From Patescibacteria group bacterium (GTDB lineage: Bacteria > Patescibacteriota > UBA1384 > JBBRAU01): 64,000 bases of DNA. The stretch covers positions 13,892 through 77,891 of the forward strand of contig JBBRAU010000002.1 of assembly GCA_038206475.1 (NCBI GenBank), read 5' to 3'. Below, piece by piece: positions 7,166-17,685 of the stretch. The notes below the pieces were generated by a model. The model saw only the letters and a list, made by a program, of their open reading frames with translations, had not been told where the DNA came from and ran no database searches. The translations under genes and the position numbers were made by a program. The number at the start of each line of letters is the position of its first letter. Position 1 is the first letter of the stretch.

Positions 7166-9562
7166 ATGACTGGCCCGGAACGACGCGAAATAGAGCAAAA
7201 ATGGCAACAGCGGTGGCAAGACGACCGCATTTTTGCAGTGGACTTGGCCAAGGCTGACCACAAATTCTACCATCTCAACATGTTCCCCTACCCCAGCGGC
7301 AATTTGCACGTGGGCCACTGGTACAACTTTGCTGTCTCGGACATTGCGGCTCGCGCCGTTCGCCGTCAAGACAAAACCGTCTTCAACCCGATGGGCTTTG
7401 ACGCCTTCGGCTTGCCGGCTGAAAACGCCGCCATCAAGCACGGCCTCGACCCAGCCGCTTGGACGGAGCAAAACATCAGCTCGATGCGTACGCAGCTGCA
7501 AAGTACCGGCGCCAGCTTTGATTGGTCAAAAGAAATTGCCACCTGCCGGCCGGATTATTACCGCTGGACACAGTGGATGTTCCTGTTTATGTACCAGCAC
7601 GGCCTGACCGAGAAGCGCGAGGCGCCGGTTAACTGGTGTCCGAAAGATCAAACCATTTTAGCCAATGAGCAGGTTGTCGGTGGCAAGTGTGAACGTTGCG
7701 GCAGCGAAGTAATTTTAAAGAAATTGCCGCAGTGGGTATTTAAGATTACTGACTACGCCGAGCGACTGCTTAAAGATGTTGACGCACTGGACTGGCCAGA
7801 AAAAACCAAAACCATGCAGCGCAACTGGATCGGCCGCTCTGAAGGGGCTTATGTTGAGTTCAGCTTGGCTGACACGCCTGATACGCGCTTAAAAGTTTTT
7901 ACCACACGCGTGGATACGCTCTACGGCGTGACTTACTTGGTGGTCGCTCCAGAACACAGCCTCACCCCCAAACTGACGGCTGAGGGCCACACAGAGGCAG
8001 TTGAAGCCTACGTAGAGTCGGCTAGCCATAAATCTGAGCTGGAGCGGACGGAACTGCAGAAGCAGAAAACCGGCGTTTTCTCTGGCAGTTACGCTATCCA
8101 TCCGTTGACCGCTGAGAAACTGCCTATTTGGATTGCCGACTATGTGCTGGCTACGGTTGGCACCGGCGCCGTGATGGGCGTGCCGGCCCACGATGAACGT
8201 GACTGGGAGTTCGCCAAAAAACACGATCTGCTGATTGTGGCTGTTATCCATCCTGCAACGGGCGAGGTCAATGCCAATCAAGTCGTTACCGAACCGGGAA
8301 AGTTAATTAATTCGGCTGAGTTTTCTGGCCAGACAAGCGAAGAGGCCAAACAAACGATTGTCGCTAAACTCAAAGAGCTGGGCCTAGGTCAGCCGGCCGT
8401 GACATACCGTCTACGCGATTGGGTGGTGTCACGCCAGCGCTACTGGGGCGCCCCTATCCCGATTGTTTACTGCGGCACATGCGACACGGTGCCGGTACCG
8501 GCCGCCGAGCTGCCGGTGCTGCTGCCGACCGATGTTGATTTTAAGCCAACCGGCGAATCGCCACTAGCTCGCTCCGAAAGCTTTAGCCACACCACCTGTC
8601 CGCGGTGCGGCAATGCGGCGAGGCGCGAAACCGACACGCTTGATACCTTTGTTGACTCCAGTTGGTACTTCTTCCGCTTTTTGTCGCCCGACAATACAGC
8701 GGCATTTACCGATCAGGCGTTGGCCAAAAAATGGCTGCCGGTTGACCTGTACATCGGCGGCGCTGAGCACTCGGTGCTGCACCTGCTGTACGCCCGCTTC
8801 TTCACGAAAGTGCTGTATGACCACGACTTGTCTCCCGTCAGCGAGCCGTTCCAAAAACTGCGCCACCAAGGTACAATTCTCGGGCCGGATAACCAAAAAA
8901 TGTCCAAATCAAAAGGCAATGTAGTTGATCCGGATGCGTTGGTCGCCGAGCACGGCGCCGATGTTGTGCGCAGCTACCTGGCCTTTATGGGCCCATACAA
9001 CCAAGGCGGTCCGTGGCATCAGGGTGGACTTGTGGGCGTTGAACGCTTCTTTAACCGTGTTGAACGCTTAGTCATCGAGTCGGCTGCAGCTAGCAGCGAG
9101 GTCGGTGATAGTGCTGGACGCGAGCGACATAGTGTCATCAAAAAAGTTACGGAGGAAATCGCTGAGCTGCGTTTCAATACAGCGCTGGCGGCTTTAATGG
9201 CATGGGCAAATAATTTGGAGAAGCGCGGCGCCAGCCGCGAAGATCAAGAGGCGCTTACTTCGCTACTCAACCCGTTTGCACCGCATCTGACTGAGGAGCT
9301 TTGGCAGCATTTGGGGCATGAGCCATATTTGGCACTGGCGGCCTGGCCAGAATTTGATAACAGCTTGACGGTTGAAGACCGGGTAATCGTGGTCGTGCAA
9401 ATCAATGGGCGCTTACGCGGCTCATTTGAGACCCAGCGCCAGCAATCGGAAGCCGCATTGATCCGCCAAGCCCGCCAAATAGAGGCTATTCAACACTACT
9501 TGACCGGTGAACCGAAAAAGACCATTGTCGTGCCTGACAAGCTCATCAATTTTGTGATTTAG
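7166..9562 (+). CDS. leuS: Leucyl-tRNA synthetase
   Basis: HVGH-type motif (PYPSGNLHVGHWYNF), KMSKSKGN motif; start chosen at ATG 7166 (ORF track begins at GTG 7094). Confidence 0.95.
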   Translation: MTGPERREIEQKWQQRWQDDRIFAVDLAKADHKFYHLNMFPYPSGNLHVGHWYNFAVSDIAARAVRRQDKTVFNPMGFDAFGLPAENAAIKHGLDPAAWTEQNISSMRTQLQSTGASFDWSKEIATCRPDYYRWTQWMFLFMYQHGLTEKREAPVNWCPKDQTILANEQVVGGKCERCGSEVILKKLPQWVFKITDYAERLLKDVDALDWPEKTKTMQRNWIGRSEGAYVEFSLADTPDTRLKVFTTRVDTLYGVTYLVVAPEHSLTPKLTAEGHTEAVEAYVESASHKSELERTELQKQKTGVFSGSYAIHPLTAEKLPIWIADYVLATVGTGAVMGVPAHDERDWEFAKKHDLLIVAVIHPATGEVNANQVVTEPGKLINSAEFSGQTSEEAKQTIVAKLKELGLGQPAVTYRLRDWVVSRQRYWGAPIPIVYCGTCDTVPVPAAELPVLLPTDVDFKPTGESPLARSESFSHTTCPRCGNAARRETDTLDTFVDSSWYFFRFLSPDNTAAFTDQALAKKWLPVDLYIGGAEHSVLHLLYARFFTKVLYDHDLSPVSEPFQKLRHQGTILGPDNQKMSKSKGNVVDPDALVAEHGADVVRSYLAFMGPYNQGGPWHQGGLVGVERFFNRVERLVIESAAASSEVGDSAGRERHSVIKKVTEEIAELRFNTALAALMAWANNLEKRGASREDQEALTSLLNPFAPHLTEELWQHLGHEPYLALAAWPEFDNSLTVEDRVIVVVQINGRLRGSFETQRQQSEAALIRQARQIEAIQHYLTGEPKKTIVVPDKLINFVI

Positions 9563-9600
9563 CCTCCCCGCTCTAGGCCCAGCCAAGCGCCGGGTTTTTC

Positions 9601-10047
9601 TTGACTTCCACGCCTAAAATGCGTATGGTGACGGTAATGACTGAGCCTTCCACCTTTCTCGTCTCGGTCCAAACGCTGTGGCAATATGCGGCGGATGAGC
9701 CGGTGCTCTACACATTTGACGGACCAATTACGCTCGACGAACAGCGTACCGTCCACGCCGAAGGCACTGTTAAGCTGACTAAACTGGCCGATGATGAAAT
9801 ATTGGCCGAACTGGCCCTACACGCTCTGACGCCACTGGCTTGCGCCCGCTGTCTGCGTACGTTTGAGCACGAGATGATGCTTGAAGCCAACGAAGTGTTC
9901 AACCGCTTCCCAGAGCCAGAGCAGTTCCCTATCTCGGCACGCTTACAGATTGACCTGGCCGCGCCTATACGCCAATTAATTATCTTAAACGAACCGGGCT
10001 TCCCTTTGTGCCAAGCAGATTGCCCAGGTACAATGGAATTATCCTAG
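9601..10047 (+). CDS. YceD/DUF177-family protein (start uncertain)
   Basis: C-terminal Cys motifs (CARC..., CQADCPG), typical neighbourhood upstream of rpmF. Confidence 0.55.
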   Translation: MTSTPKMRMVTVMTEPSTFLVSVQTLWQYAADEPVLYTFDGPITLDEQRTVHAEGTVKLTKLADDEILAELALHALTPLACARCLRTFEHEMMLEANEVFNRFPEPEQFPISARLQIDLAAPIRQLIILNEPGFPLCQADCPGTMELS

Positions 10048-10070
10048 AGAAACGCCAAAGGAAAGGTGAA

Positions 10071-10448
10071 ATGAAAGCGCACGCGCTAATCCGATCTATT
10101 TACCTGTATGTGGCGACTTTAATCGGCCTGATCATGATGATTATTGCGTTGTACAACTTAGTCACCCTTGGACTGAAAGTAGCCATATTCCATCAGGCCG
10201 ATCAAAGTTATCCCTATGCCATGCCAGCCTGCGCGCCGGTGCCAGCCGACCCAGAAATCAGCGCAAGCCCGATGCCGGTTAAATCACTGCCCAACTGCGT
10301 CAGCTCGGTTGACCAGACGCAGCAAGACACTCAGCGCACCGCAGATCACCAGCGTACGGCGGTGAATAGCATTGCCGGATTGATCATTGGCCTGCCGCTG
10401 TACTGGTACCACTGGCAGTTAATCAAGCGCGACCAACAGACAAGTTAA
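10071..10448 (+). CDS. Hypothetical membrane protein (two predicted TM helices)
   Basis: AGGAAAGG SD before ATG 10071; hydrophobic N- and C-terminal segments. Confidence 0.5.
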   Translation: MKAHALIRSIYLYVATLIGLIMMIIALYNLVTLGLKVAIFHQADQSYPYAMPACAPVPADPEISASPMPVKSLPNCVSSVDQTQQDTQRTADHQRTAVNSIAGLIIGLPLYWYHWQLIKRDQQTS

Positions 10449-10542
10449 GTAAATTATTTAATAAATTGAATGATGCCAGGCTTTGCCCGGTATCAAAAGC
10501 ACCTACCGGATAGGGTGACAGCGAGCAACGTGAGTACCCTTA

Positions 10543-10575
10543 GGGGAAACCACTAGCGAAGCTCGGGGTTTCCCC
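10543..10575 (+). promoter_or_regulatory. Hairpin in the rpmF leader (GGGGAAACC/GGTTTCCCC, 15-nt loop)
   Basis: Perfect 9-bp inverted repeat immediately upstream of the rpmF SD GGAGAAAG; no T-run. Confidence 0.35.
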
Positions 10576-10592
10576 TCGGAGAAAGTATTCCC

Positions 10593-10838
10593 ATGGCAAT
10601 GCCGAAAAAGAGAATGAGTCAAACGCGCACCGGTACTCGCCGGAGTCAGATTCAGGCCGTCCTGCCAACCATCGTTAAATGCGCTCAGTGCAGCTCTGCC
10701 GTTGCTCCACACACTGCCTGCGCCAATTGCGGCAGCTACCGCGGCCGCGCTGTCATTGATGTCGAAAAAAATGCTCGCAAACTGGCTGCTCGTCAGGCCG
10801 CCGAGCACGATCACGGCCACGATCACGCAACAACCTAA
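10593..10838 (+). CDS. rpmF: 50S ribosomal protein L32 with His-rich C-terminal tail
   Basis: MAMPKKRMSQTR..C..C....C..CG.YRGR pattern. Confidence 0.85.
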   Translation: MAMPKKRMSQTRTGTRRSQIQAVLPTIVKCAQCSSAVAPHTACANCGSYRGRAVIDVEKNARKLAARQAAEHDHGHDHATT

Positions 10839-10840
10839 GC

Positions 10841-11380
10841 ATGGCCGGCAACCGTCATTTAAGTCGCACTATTCTGCTGCAGACGCTGTATGAGGCTGAT
10901 CTGCGTCCGTCAGCCAATTTTGAGGAGATTTTTCAGCGCAACGCTGCCCTGTTCCCTAACGACTTAGACGTGCCGTTTATGCGCCACATCGCTGAAGGTA
11001 TCGCTAACAGCAAAGAGTCAATTGACCAACTCATTTTAACCGCCGCCCCAGAATGGCCCATTGAGCAAGTGGCGCCGATCGATAAAACTATTCTGCGTAT
11101 GTCCATTTTTGAGCTGCTGTTTTGGAATGAAGTGCCGCCAAAGGTAGCCATTAACGAAGCGGTTGAGCTGGCTAAGAGCTACGGCGGCGAAAGTACCTCC
11201 AAATTCGTCAACGGCGTCCTGGGCACGATCTACCGTCAAAGCGACAAGTACGAAGGCGATGATGCAGCGGAGGTGCCCGTCGTGCCGGCGCCCGAAGCGG
11301 TAGAAACAGTCGAAGCGCCACTAGCGGCTAAGACAGATGAAATGCCAGGAACAAAGGAACCCGATGCCAGCATCACCTGA
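10841..11380 (+). CDS. nusB: Transcription antitermination factor NusB (with C-terminal extension)
   Basis: ILRMSIFELLF...INEAVELAK...FVNGVLG conserved blocks. Confidence 0.85.
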   Translation: MAGNRHLSRTILLQTLYEADLRPSANFEEIFQRNAALFPNDLDVPFMRHIAEGIANSKESIDQLILTAAPEWPIEQVAPIDKTILRMSIFELLFWNEVPPKVAINEAVELAKSYGGESTSKFVNGVLGTIYRQSDKYEGDDAAEVPVVPAPEAVETVEAPLAAKTDEMPGTKEPDASIT

Positions 11381-12074
11381 CCTGAGCCCGCTCGAGACGG
11401 CGACCGGTATCCACTTCGAGAACCGATCACTCCTTGAACGGGTTTTTATCCACCGCTCCTACTTGAACGAACACCCAGGTGCCAACAGCGAACACAATGA
11501 GCGCCTCGAGTTTTTGGGTGACGCCGTGTTGGAGCTGATAGTAACCGAATACCTGTACAAAACACTGGAGAGCCGCGAGGGTGAGCTAACCAACCTGCGC
11601 TCAGCGCTAGTGCGAGGCCAACACCTGGCCGAGTTGGCTTTAAGCCTCGACTTTGGCACCTATTTAATGCTCTCTCGCGGTGAAGAAAAAAGCGGCGGCA
11701 AAGAGAAACATCTGCTGTTAGCCAACACTTTTGAGGCCTACGTTGGCGCTATCTACTTAGAGCATGGTTATGACGTAGCCAAAAAATTTGTGACTGATAC
11801 GGTGCTGGCCCAATTGCCGAAGATTCTCGAAGAGAACCGGCACATTGACCCGAAAGGCCGCTTCCAGGAACTAGCCCAGGAGCAAATTGGCCTGACGCCA
11901 ACCTACCGAGTGCTATCTGATACCGGTCCGGATCATGATAAAAATTTTGTCGTTGGCGCCTACATTGGCAGTGTTTTAGTAGGCCAAGGTGAAGGCTCTA
12001 GCAAACAACGTGGCCAAACCAAGGCCGCCGAAAACGCTCTGGCCAACCAAGCCACCTGGCCACCAAGTCGCTAG
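11364..12074 (+). CDS. rnc: Ribonuclease III
   Basis: ERLEFLGDAVLELIV signature and C-terminal dsRBD; start ambiguous (11337 or 11364). Confidence 0.9.
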   Translation: MPASPDLSPLETATGIHFENRSLLERVFIHRSYLNEHPGANSEHNERLEFLGDAVLELIVTEYLYKTLESREGELTNLRSALVRGQHLAELALSLDFGTYLMLSRGEEKSGGKEKHLLLANTFEAYVGAIYLEHGYDVAKKFVTDTVLAQLPKILEENRHIDPKGRFQELAQEQIGLTPTYRVLSDTGPDHDKNFVVGAYIGSVLVGQGEGSSKQRGQTKAAENALANQATWPPSR

Positions 12075-12219
12075 GCGACTAAACTTCGCTCTTTAACGCT
12101 CTCCGAGAGGAATCAACGCTTGAGTCAATCGGAGTCCCCGCTCTGGAGGAAACCATCCGGCTCAGCCAATTGCTAGGGACATAGTTACTTGCCCGCGCCA
12201 ACCGCGCAGGCTTTTTGGG

Positions 12220-13158
12220 TTATTTTAGTGGGTTTACCTTGGCGCGGATAGCCGCAGTGAGTGCCGAGACAGTATCTGCAGCGGCTTGTTTTGTATTGCC
12301 ACGAGCGTGAAGCACGACGGTGATGAGCGTCCGACCGTCAACTTCCTTGGTCATGGCGGCCAAGTTGAACCCGGCTTCATTAATATAGCCGGTTTTGCCG
12401 CCGATAAAGCCTGGCAGTGGAGATTTACTAAACAATAGGTTGGTTGAAACGAGCTTATAGCTCTTTTGGCCGCCCTGGTTATGCACCGTCAATCGCTCGG
12501 TATTCATCAGTTTTTGGACCGTCGCATTGCGGGCAACAATTTCGAGCAGCCGAGCAGTATCTTGCGCTGATCCGACAGTTGTCGGGTCAAGCCCGGCTGG
12601 ATCAGCGTAGTGCAGGCTAGTTAAGCCAAGAATCATGGCATTGCGGTTCATGGCCGCGATGAAGGCTGCGCGCTTATTTTGACCGGCTGGATTTGCGGCA
12701 GTTTGCCCAGCAGCGAGCGTCTCGGCAGCGTCGTTGGCCGACGGGATGAGCACTCCGGCCAGCAAATCTTTGACCATCAGCTGGTCGCCTGACGCGAGGC
12801 CCATTTTAGCCTCTGGCAGTGCGGTGACGGCATCGGGAACTACGAGTACATCATCCAACCGGTAGGTTTTCAGCGTCGTCAAAACCGTCATCAATTTAGT
12901 CAGCGAGGCTAGCGGTAGCGGTTGAGTGGCGTTGTTGTTGGCTAGAACAGCTCGCGCCCGGGTGTCAAAGACGAACTCAGCGTCGGCTTGAGACAACAAT
13001 GCCGGGTCCGCTGCAGCCGGATAGGGCCTGGCGGTTTCGGATTGGCCCATTGCCACCGCTTGGCGCGCCGGCAGGGCTGCCGGCAAGGTTTGAACAACCA
13101 TGCTGGTCGCCTGTGAATGCAGCCCGAGCGCAAACAGCCAAGGTGCGAGCCCAATCAC
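12220..13158 (-). CDS. D-alanyl-D-alanine carboxypeptidase (S11 family)
   Basis: SLTK (SxxK), SAND (SxN) and KTG motifs; N-terminal signal-like segment. Confidence 0.8.
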   Translation of the reverse strand: MIGLAPWLFALGLHSQATSMVVQTLPAALPARQAVAMGQSETARPYPAAADPALLSQADAEFVFDTRARAVLANNNATQPLPLASLTKLMTVLTTLKTYRLDDVLVVPDAVTALPEAKMGLASGDQLMVKDLLAGVLIPSANDAAETLAAGQTAANPAGQNKRAAFIAAMNRNAMILGLTSLHYADPAGLDPTTVGSAQDTARLLEIVARNATVQKLMNTERLTVHNQGGQKSYKLVSTNLLFSKSPLPGFIGGKTGYINEAGFNLAAMTKEVDGRTLITVVLHARGNTKQAAADTVSALTAAIRAKVNPLK

Positions 13159-13943
13159 GGTCTGACCTTTTTGGATCGGCGTGGCGGGTAAGCCGGCGGT
13201 GTCACAGTCAACAACTTAATTTGACTCACAGTCAAAATAGTCCACTGGCCAGGCTGCAAATGCAGCGCCCCGAGAGACAAGTGGCCGATGGCGATGCGAT
13301 TGACATCCAACAGCGGCGCTCCAAGCGCCCGAAAAAGACGTCTCAGCTCATGCTTGCGCCCTTGGTGCAGTTCGACTTGCAGCACCGCTGCTTCGTCCTC
13401 TCGCCGTTTGACGCTGCAGCGGTCAACCCGTAGGTGCTCTTTCGTTTCTTTGTCAGCGACACCGCTACAGGCCGCCAAGCAGAGCGCGGTTAGGTCGGGG
13501 TATGACTTGAGAAACAGTTCATACTTTTTGACAATATTGTTTTTTGGATGGGTAATTATGTTTTGCAGTTCGCCATCATTGGTTAAGATAACTAACCCGC
13601 GAGAGGCCGAGTCCAACCGGCCCGCCGGTGCTAGGTCAACAATCGTTTTCAGAGTGTCCTTATTGGCTTGGCGAGAAGCAGCAATAACCTCTAGCACCGA
13701 CTGTTGGCCTGGAAAGCTGGCGGTTGTCGAAACAACCCCGCGCGGTTTATTAAGCGCGATCGTTAGCAGCTGGCGCGCTGCTTGCCGCTTGCCGTCAAGC
13801 TCAATCCTGGCTGCTTCCGGCGTTTCGGTGGCCGGGTTAGATTGAACAACACCGTCTACCTCAACACGGCCGGCTTGGATAGCCGCATCCGCTGCTCGCC
13901 GCGATAGCCCGCTTCTATTGGCGAGCAGTTTATTGAGCCGCAT
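13155..13943 (-). CDS. Pseudouridine synthase, RsuA/RluB family
   Basis: N-terminal S4 domain (MRLNKLLANRSGLSRR) and GRLDSASRGLVILTNDGEL catalytic block. Confidence 0.8.
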   Translation of the reverse strand: MRLNKLLANRSGLSRRAADAAIQAGRVEVDGVVQSNPATETPEAARIELDGKRQAARQLLTIALNKPRGVVSTTASFPGQQSVLEVIAASRQANKDTLKTIVDLAPAGRLDSASRGLVILTNDGELQNIITHPKNNIVKKYELFLKSYPDLTALCLAACSGVADKETKEHLRVDRCSVKRREDEAAVLQVELHQGRKHELRRLFRALGAPLLDVNRIAIGHLSLGALHLQPGQWTILTVSQIKLLTVTPPAYPPRRSKKVRP

Positions 13944-15294
13944 TATCCTGATCAGCGCTCAGGCGGATGTCTACCCGTTCCATATCGCGTGGGAAGAGTG
14001 TCGCTTCACGGACATTGCCTAACTGCAGAACGTTGGCCACCAAGCGCTCAGCGCCGATGGCAAAACCGCCCTCTTTAGGCATGCCATACTGGAAGGCTTG
14101 CAGGTACATGGCAAATTTAGCCGGGTCATTGCCCCACTTTTTGATATTTTCAACCAACTGCTCATAGTTATTAATACGCTGGCCGCCGGTCACCCACTCA
14201 ACACCGAGACCAATTAGGTCAAATGACAGCGTCTCCTCTGAATTTTCTGGGTCCGGGTAGGTATACATCGGCCGCTTCTTGGTTGGGTAGTGCGTGACAA
14301 AAACCAGGTCTGAGCCGTGCTCTTTTTTGGCCCACGCCGACAGATCGCGCTCATCCTGAGGCGACAAATCTGGCTCATGGCGACTATCGCGGCCAGTTTC
14401 TTGCAACAGAATCTCCTGCGCCTGGCGCAACTTTACCCGCGGAATTGTATCGGACAGCGACGGTACGGTCACGCCGAAACGGTCTAAAATAGCTTGGCAA
14501 TCCGTCGCTAGGTCCGCAAAGATACGCCGCATCACGTGCTCAACCGTTTCCATAATCTCGGTGTAGTCGTGAATAAAGCCCATCTCAGCATCGAGCGAAA
14601 CATACTCAGACAGGTGGCGGGTGGTCACCGACGGCTCGGCTCGGTAGGCGTGTGCCACCGCAAAGACGCGTTCAAAAATACCAACCATCATCTGTTTATA
14701 AAACTGTGGCGACTGGGCAAGGTATGCATCATACTTATAGTAATCAACGTGAAATACCTCGGAGCCGCCTTCGGTGGCGGTTGGCACTAAGGTCGGCGGA
14801 AAAATCTCGGTAAAGCCGAGGTTCGACAAAGCGTCGCGGAAGCTTTTGACCACGCGGGCTTTGATAATAAAGACGTCACGCTTCTTGCTGTGGCGCAATG
14901 TTAGTGGCCGGTAGTCGAGCAGAGTTGGCAGGCTTACATCCAACTCCGGATCACTAATCGGAAACGGCAGCTCCTGGGCGTGAGCCTCGACAGCAATCTC
15001 TTCAAGCTGTAGCTCTACCTCGCCGGAGACTATTTGGCTGTTTTTCAAATGCTCAGGCCGAGCCTGGACGGTGCCACGACAAATGATAACGTCTTCCGGG
15101 TGCAGTTCTGAGGCGATGGCGTAGGCTGCAGCAGCCTGCGGCAGCGCCACCACCTGTATCAGACCGGTGCGATCACGTACGTCGAAAAAGATTAGTTTGC
15201 CATGATCACGGCGCGCCTGAACCCAACCAGCAATTGTCACCAGTTGGCCAACTAGGCCATTTACTTCACTTGCGAGTTTACGGTCAATTGGCAT
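13930..15294 (-). CDS. aspS: Aspartate--tRNA ligase, archaeal/eukaryotic type
   Basis: OB anticodon-binding N-terminus; class IIb motifs DAYLAQSPQFYKQ, YRAEPSVTTRHLSEY, GGFAIGAERL...FPRD resemble archaeal-type AspRS more than AsnRS. Confidence 0.8.
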   Translation of the reverse strand: MPIDRKLASEVNGLVGQLVTIAGWVQARRDHGKLIFFDVRDRTGLIQVVALPQAAAAYAIASELHPEDVIICRGTVQARPEHLKNSQIVSGEVELQLEEIAVEAHAQELPFPISDPELDVSLPTLLDYRPLTLRHSKKRDVFIIKARVVKSFRDALSNLGFTEIFPPTLVPTATEGGSEVFHVDYYKYDAYLAQSPQFYKQMMVGIFERVFAVAHAYRAEPSVTTRHLSEYVSLDAEMGFIHDYTEIMETVEHVMRRIFADLATDCQAILDRFGVTVPSLSDTIPRVKLRQAQEILLQETGRDSRHEPDLSPQDERDLSAWAKKEHGSDLVFVTHYPTKKRPMYTYPDPENSEETLSFDLIGLGVEWVTGGQRINNYEQLVENIKKWGNDPAKFAMYLQAFQYGMPKEGGFAIGAERLVANVLQLGNVREATLFPRDMERVDIRLSADQDNAAQ

Positions 15295-15298
15295 GTCG

Positions 15299-17677
15299 TT
15301 ATTCCTTTCTGTCTAGCCAGGTGGCGACAGTCAGCTGTTCAATTTGTTGGATGACTTGTGCGAGCTCGGAGTTGACCTCAGTATCTGTCAGCGATCGGTC
15401 GGCTGCTCGGAAGGTTAAGCGGAGCGTCATATTAGCTTTTCCATCGTTAGCCTGATACGTATCGCGCAGCTCAAACCCAGACAACAGCGGAAGGTTAGCC
15501 AAAACAGGCCGGCACGCTTCTTCGAAGTGTTTGGCCTTAGCTTGAGGCACGACAAAAGTTACGTCTCGGACAATTTTCGGGAAACGCGAGAATGGCTGAT
15601 ACGCCGCAAGCGAGTCTGGCGTTTGCAGCGGTGGCGTGGGTGCCGCCGCAGTGATTGCCTCAAGCGACAGGTTCACCCAGCACAGTGGTCGTTTTAATTT
15701 TGCTCGTTTGAGCCATGTTTGGCTAGGCACAATCAGTTTGCCGATTTGTCTCGCAGCATGCATAATCGTCAATTGGCCAATCTGGTTCGCTTCGGGGGCA
15801 ACCTCAGTCACGACGGCATTTGTCATCTTGGCCCATGTAAACAGCTCTTTCATCAGTTGCACTAGTTCGATAGGCTGATCGGTAAAGCCACCGATCGACA
15901 GCCAAATATCTTCGCTCACTCCTTCTGTCCATTGACCTTGGCCAGCTTTGGCCACGTGACCTATCTCAAATAACCACAGTGTTTCCGCTTCAAACTGGTT
16001 GCGCCGCAGCGCCTCAATTGTGCCGTATTGTAACGTCGGGCGCACCCAGGTCATTTCCGGCGAGGCGGGGTTGGTCACTTTTAAGAGACCGTCGGTTGTT
16101 TCATCAAACAGCTGCAAATCCTGGATTGGCACAAACGGTGAAGAGTAAATTTCAGTCAGGCCGTGGGTTTTCAAAAAGTCGCGCAGTGCTTCGATTTTAA
16201 GTAGTTCTGGGGGTAGCACCATTGGCCTCACTGGCAGCACGACCGGCTCTGGCTTAAGCTCAGCCAAACCAACCACGCGGGCTATCTCCTCCGTTACTTC
16301 AGCTTGCATGGTTAGATCCGGCCGCCAGCTCGGCGGTGTGATCTGCCAGGTTTCTCCAGCCGCAACGTGACAACCGCTGGCGAGCAAAATCGCTTGTTGC
16401 CGCTCGGACGCTACCGGCTCACCAATTAAAGCATCGGTGAGGGTAGGATCGTATGAGAAGGCGACTGACTGCGCGGTCTGACCAGCAACACGGTGGGACA
16501 ATAGTTTGCCGCCTAATTGCTGCAATATACGTGTCGCCAAAATTGCCGCCAACTCTGGCAGCTCTGGGTCAACAAAGCGTTCAAAACGATAACTGGCCTC
16601 AGTCGACAAACCATGCGACCGACGGTCACGGCGAACAATTTTCGGGTTCCAGTGGGCTGCCTCAAACAGAATGTGCGTCGTCTGCCCGTCGACGGCGGTG
16701 CGCTCATCACCCATCACGCCGGCCAAGGCAATCGCTCCCACCTGGTCAGCAACGACTAAATTGTTATGCAACTTATATGAACTTTTGTCCAACAGCATGA
16801 CGCTTTCATCACTTGTCATACGAGTGGTAATTGTATCGCCTTTTATTTTATCCGCATCGTAGACATGGCCCGGCTGGCCAATCAGCTGCGTTAAGTAATT
16901 GGTCACGTCAACCGGCAAGGTGTAGAGAGTACTACCGGTCAACATCAACTGACGTTTCAACCAAAAGGGCGTCTCACTACTGGCTGGCAGCTGAAACTCA
17001 GTTAGGCTAAAGCGCGAACAGGCTTGGCTATCCTGGATATCAATCTGCCAAGCCCCTGGCTTGGCTTCGGACAAGGTCAGGTTGCCAAATAACTCGTTGG
17101 GATAGGCCGTGGCAGGCAAACCAGACACCAGCTTCAGATCACGGACGACGCCCCAATGTGACAGCAAATCGCCGCGGTTGGGCGTAATCGAGGTTTCGAA
17201 AACAGTGGTCTCCGGCCATAGCTCGGCTACATTTGTGCCGAGCGGCCGATCGACACCGGACAGCAAGAAAATGACGTCTTCAGCTTTACCTAACCCAAGT
17301 TCTTCCGCAGAAGCAAGCATTCCCATCGAGTGCACACCGCGAATGTTCCTCTCTGCAATCTCTAGTCCGGAAGGCAGCACCGTGCCTGGCAATACTACTG
17401 GGACCAATTGGCTGGCGGCAATATTTTTAGCACCGCAGACAATCGTCAGCCGCTCTGACTGGCCAATATTGACCGTGGTCACCTGCAACTTATCAGCATC
17501 CGGATGCGGCATGATGGTTTCAATCCGGCCGAGCACTACCTGCCCTTGACTTATGGGCCAGACAATTTTGGTTTGGCTTTCAACTTCAACACCACCTTGA
17601 ACAAGGAGGTCAGCGACACAGTCGACCGCCGGCACATCTGGCCAAAGCTCCTGGAGAATTTCATGGACAATACGCAT
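15299..17677 (-). CDS. pheT: Phenylalanyl-tRNA synthetase beta subunit
   Basis: 792 aa, domain order consistent with PheT, immediately downstream of pheS. Confidence 0.9.
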   Translation of the reverse strand: MRIVHEILQELWPDVPAVDCVADLLVQGGVEVESQTKIVWPISQGQVVLGRIETIMPHPDADKLQVTTVNIGQSERLTIVCGAKNIAASQLVPVVLPGTVLPSGLEIAERNIRGVHSMGMLASAEELGLGKAEDVIFLLSGVDRPLGTNVAELWPETTVFETSITPNRGDLLSHWGVVRDLKLVSGLPATAYPNELFGNLTLSEAKPGAWQIDIQDSQACSRFSLTEFQLPASSETPFWLKRQLMLTGSTLYTLPVDVTNYLTQLIGQPGHVYDADKIKGDTITTRMTSDESVMLLDKSSYKLHNNLVVADQVGAIALAGVMGDERTAVDGQTTHILFEAAHWNPKIVRRDRRSHGLSTEASYRFERFVDPELPELAAILATRILQQLGGKLLSHRVAGQTAQSVAFSYDPTLTDALIGEPVASERQQAILLASGCHVAAGETWQITPPSWRPDLTMQAEVTEEIARVVGLAELKPEPVVLPVRPMVLPPELLKIEALRDFLKTHGLTEIYSSPFVPIQDLQLFDETTDGLLKVTNPASPEMTWVRPTLQYGTIEALRRNQFEAETLWLFEIGHVAKAGQGQWTEGVSEDIWLSIGGFTDQPIELVQLMKELFTWAKMTNAVVTEVAPEANQIGQLTIMHAARQIGKLIVPSQTWLKRAKLKRPLCWVNLSLEAITAAAPTPPLQTPDSLAAYQPFSRFPKIVRDVTFVVPQAKAKHFEEACRPVLANLPLLSGFELRDTYQANDGKANMTLRLTFRAADRSLTDTEVNSELAQVIQQIEQLTVATWLDRKE

Positions 17678-17685
17678 AGCTACCC

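Noticed and set aside
7233-7607. Numerous antisense or alternative-frame ORFs in the six-frame track overlapping conserved genes (for example within leuS, rpoB, rpoC, tuf, fusA, gyrA, infB)
   Set aside because: They overlap strongly conserved genes on the opposite strand or another frame and have no SD or homology; the high GC makes long spurious ORFs expected
12190-12218. Intrinsic terminator between rnc and the convergent carboxypeptidase gene
   Set aside because: Only a 4-bp GC stem with mismatched flanks before the T-run; too weak to call
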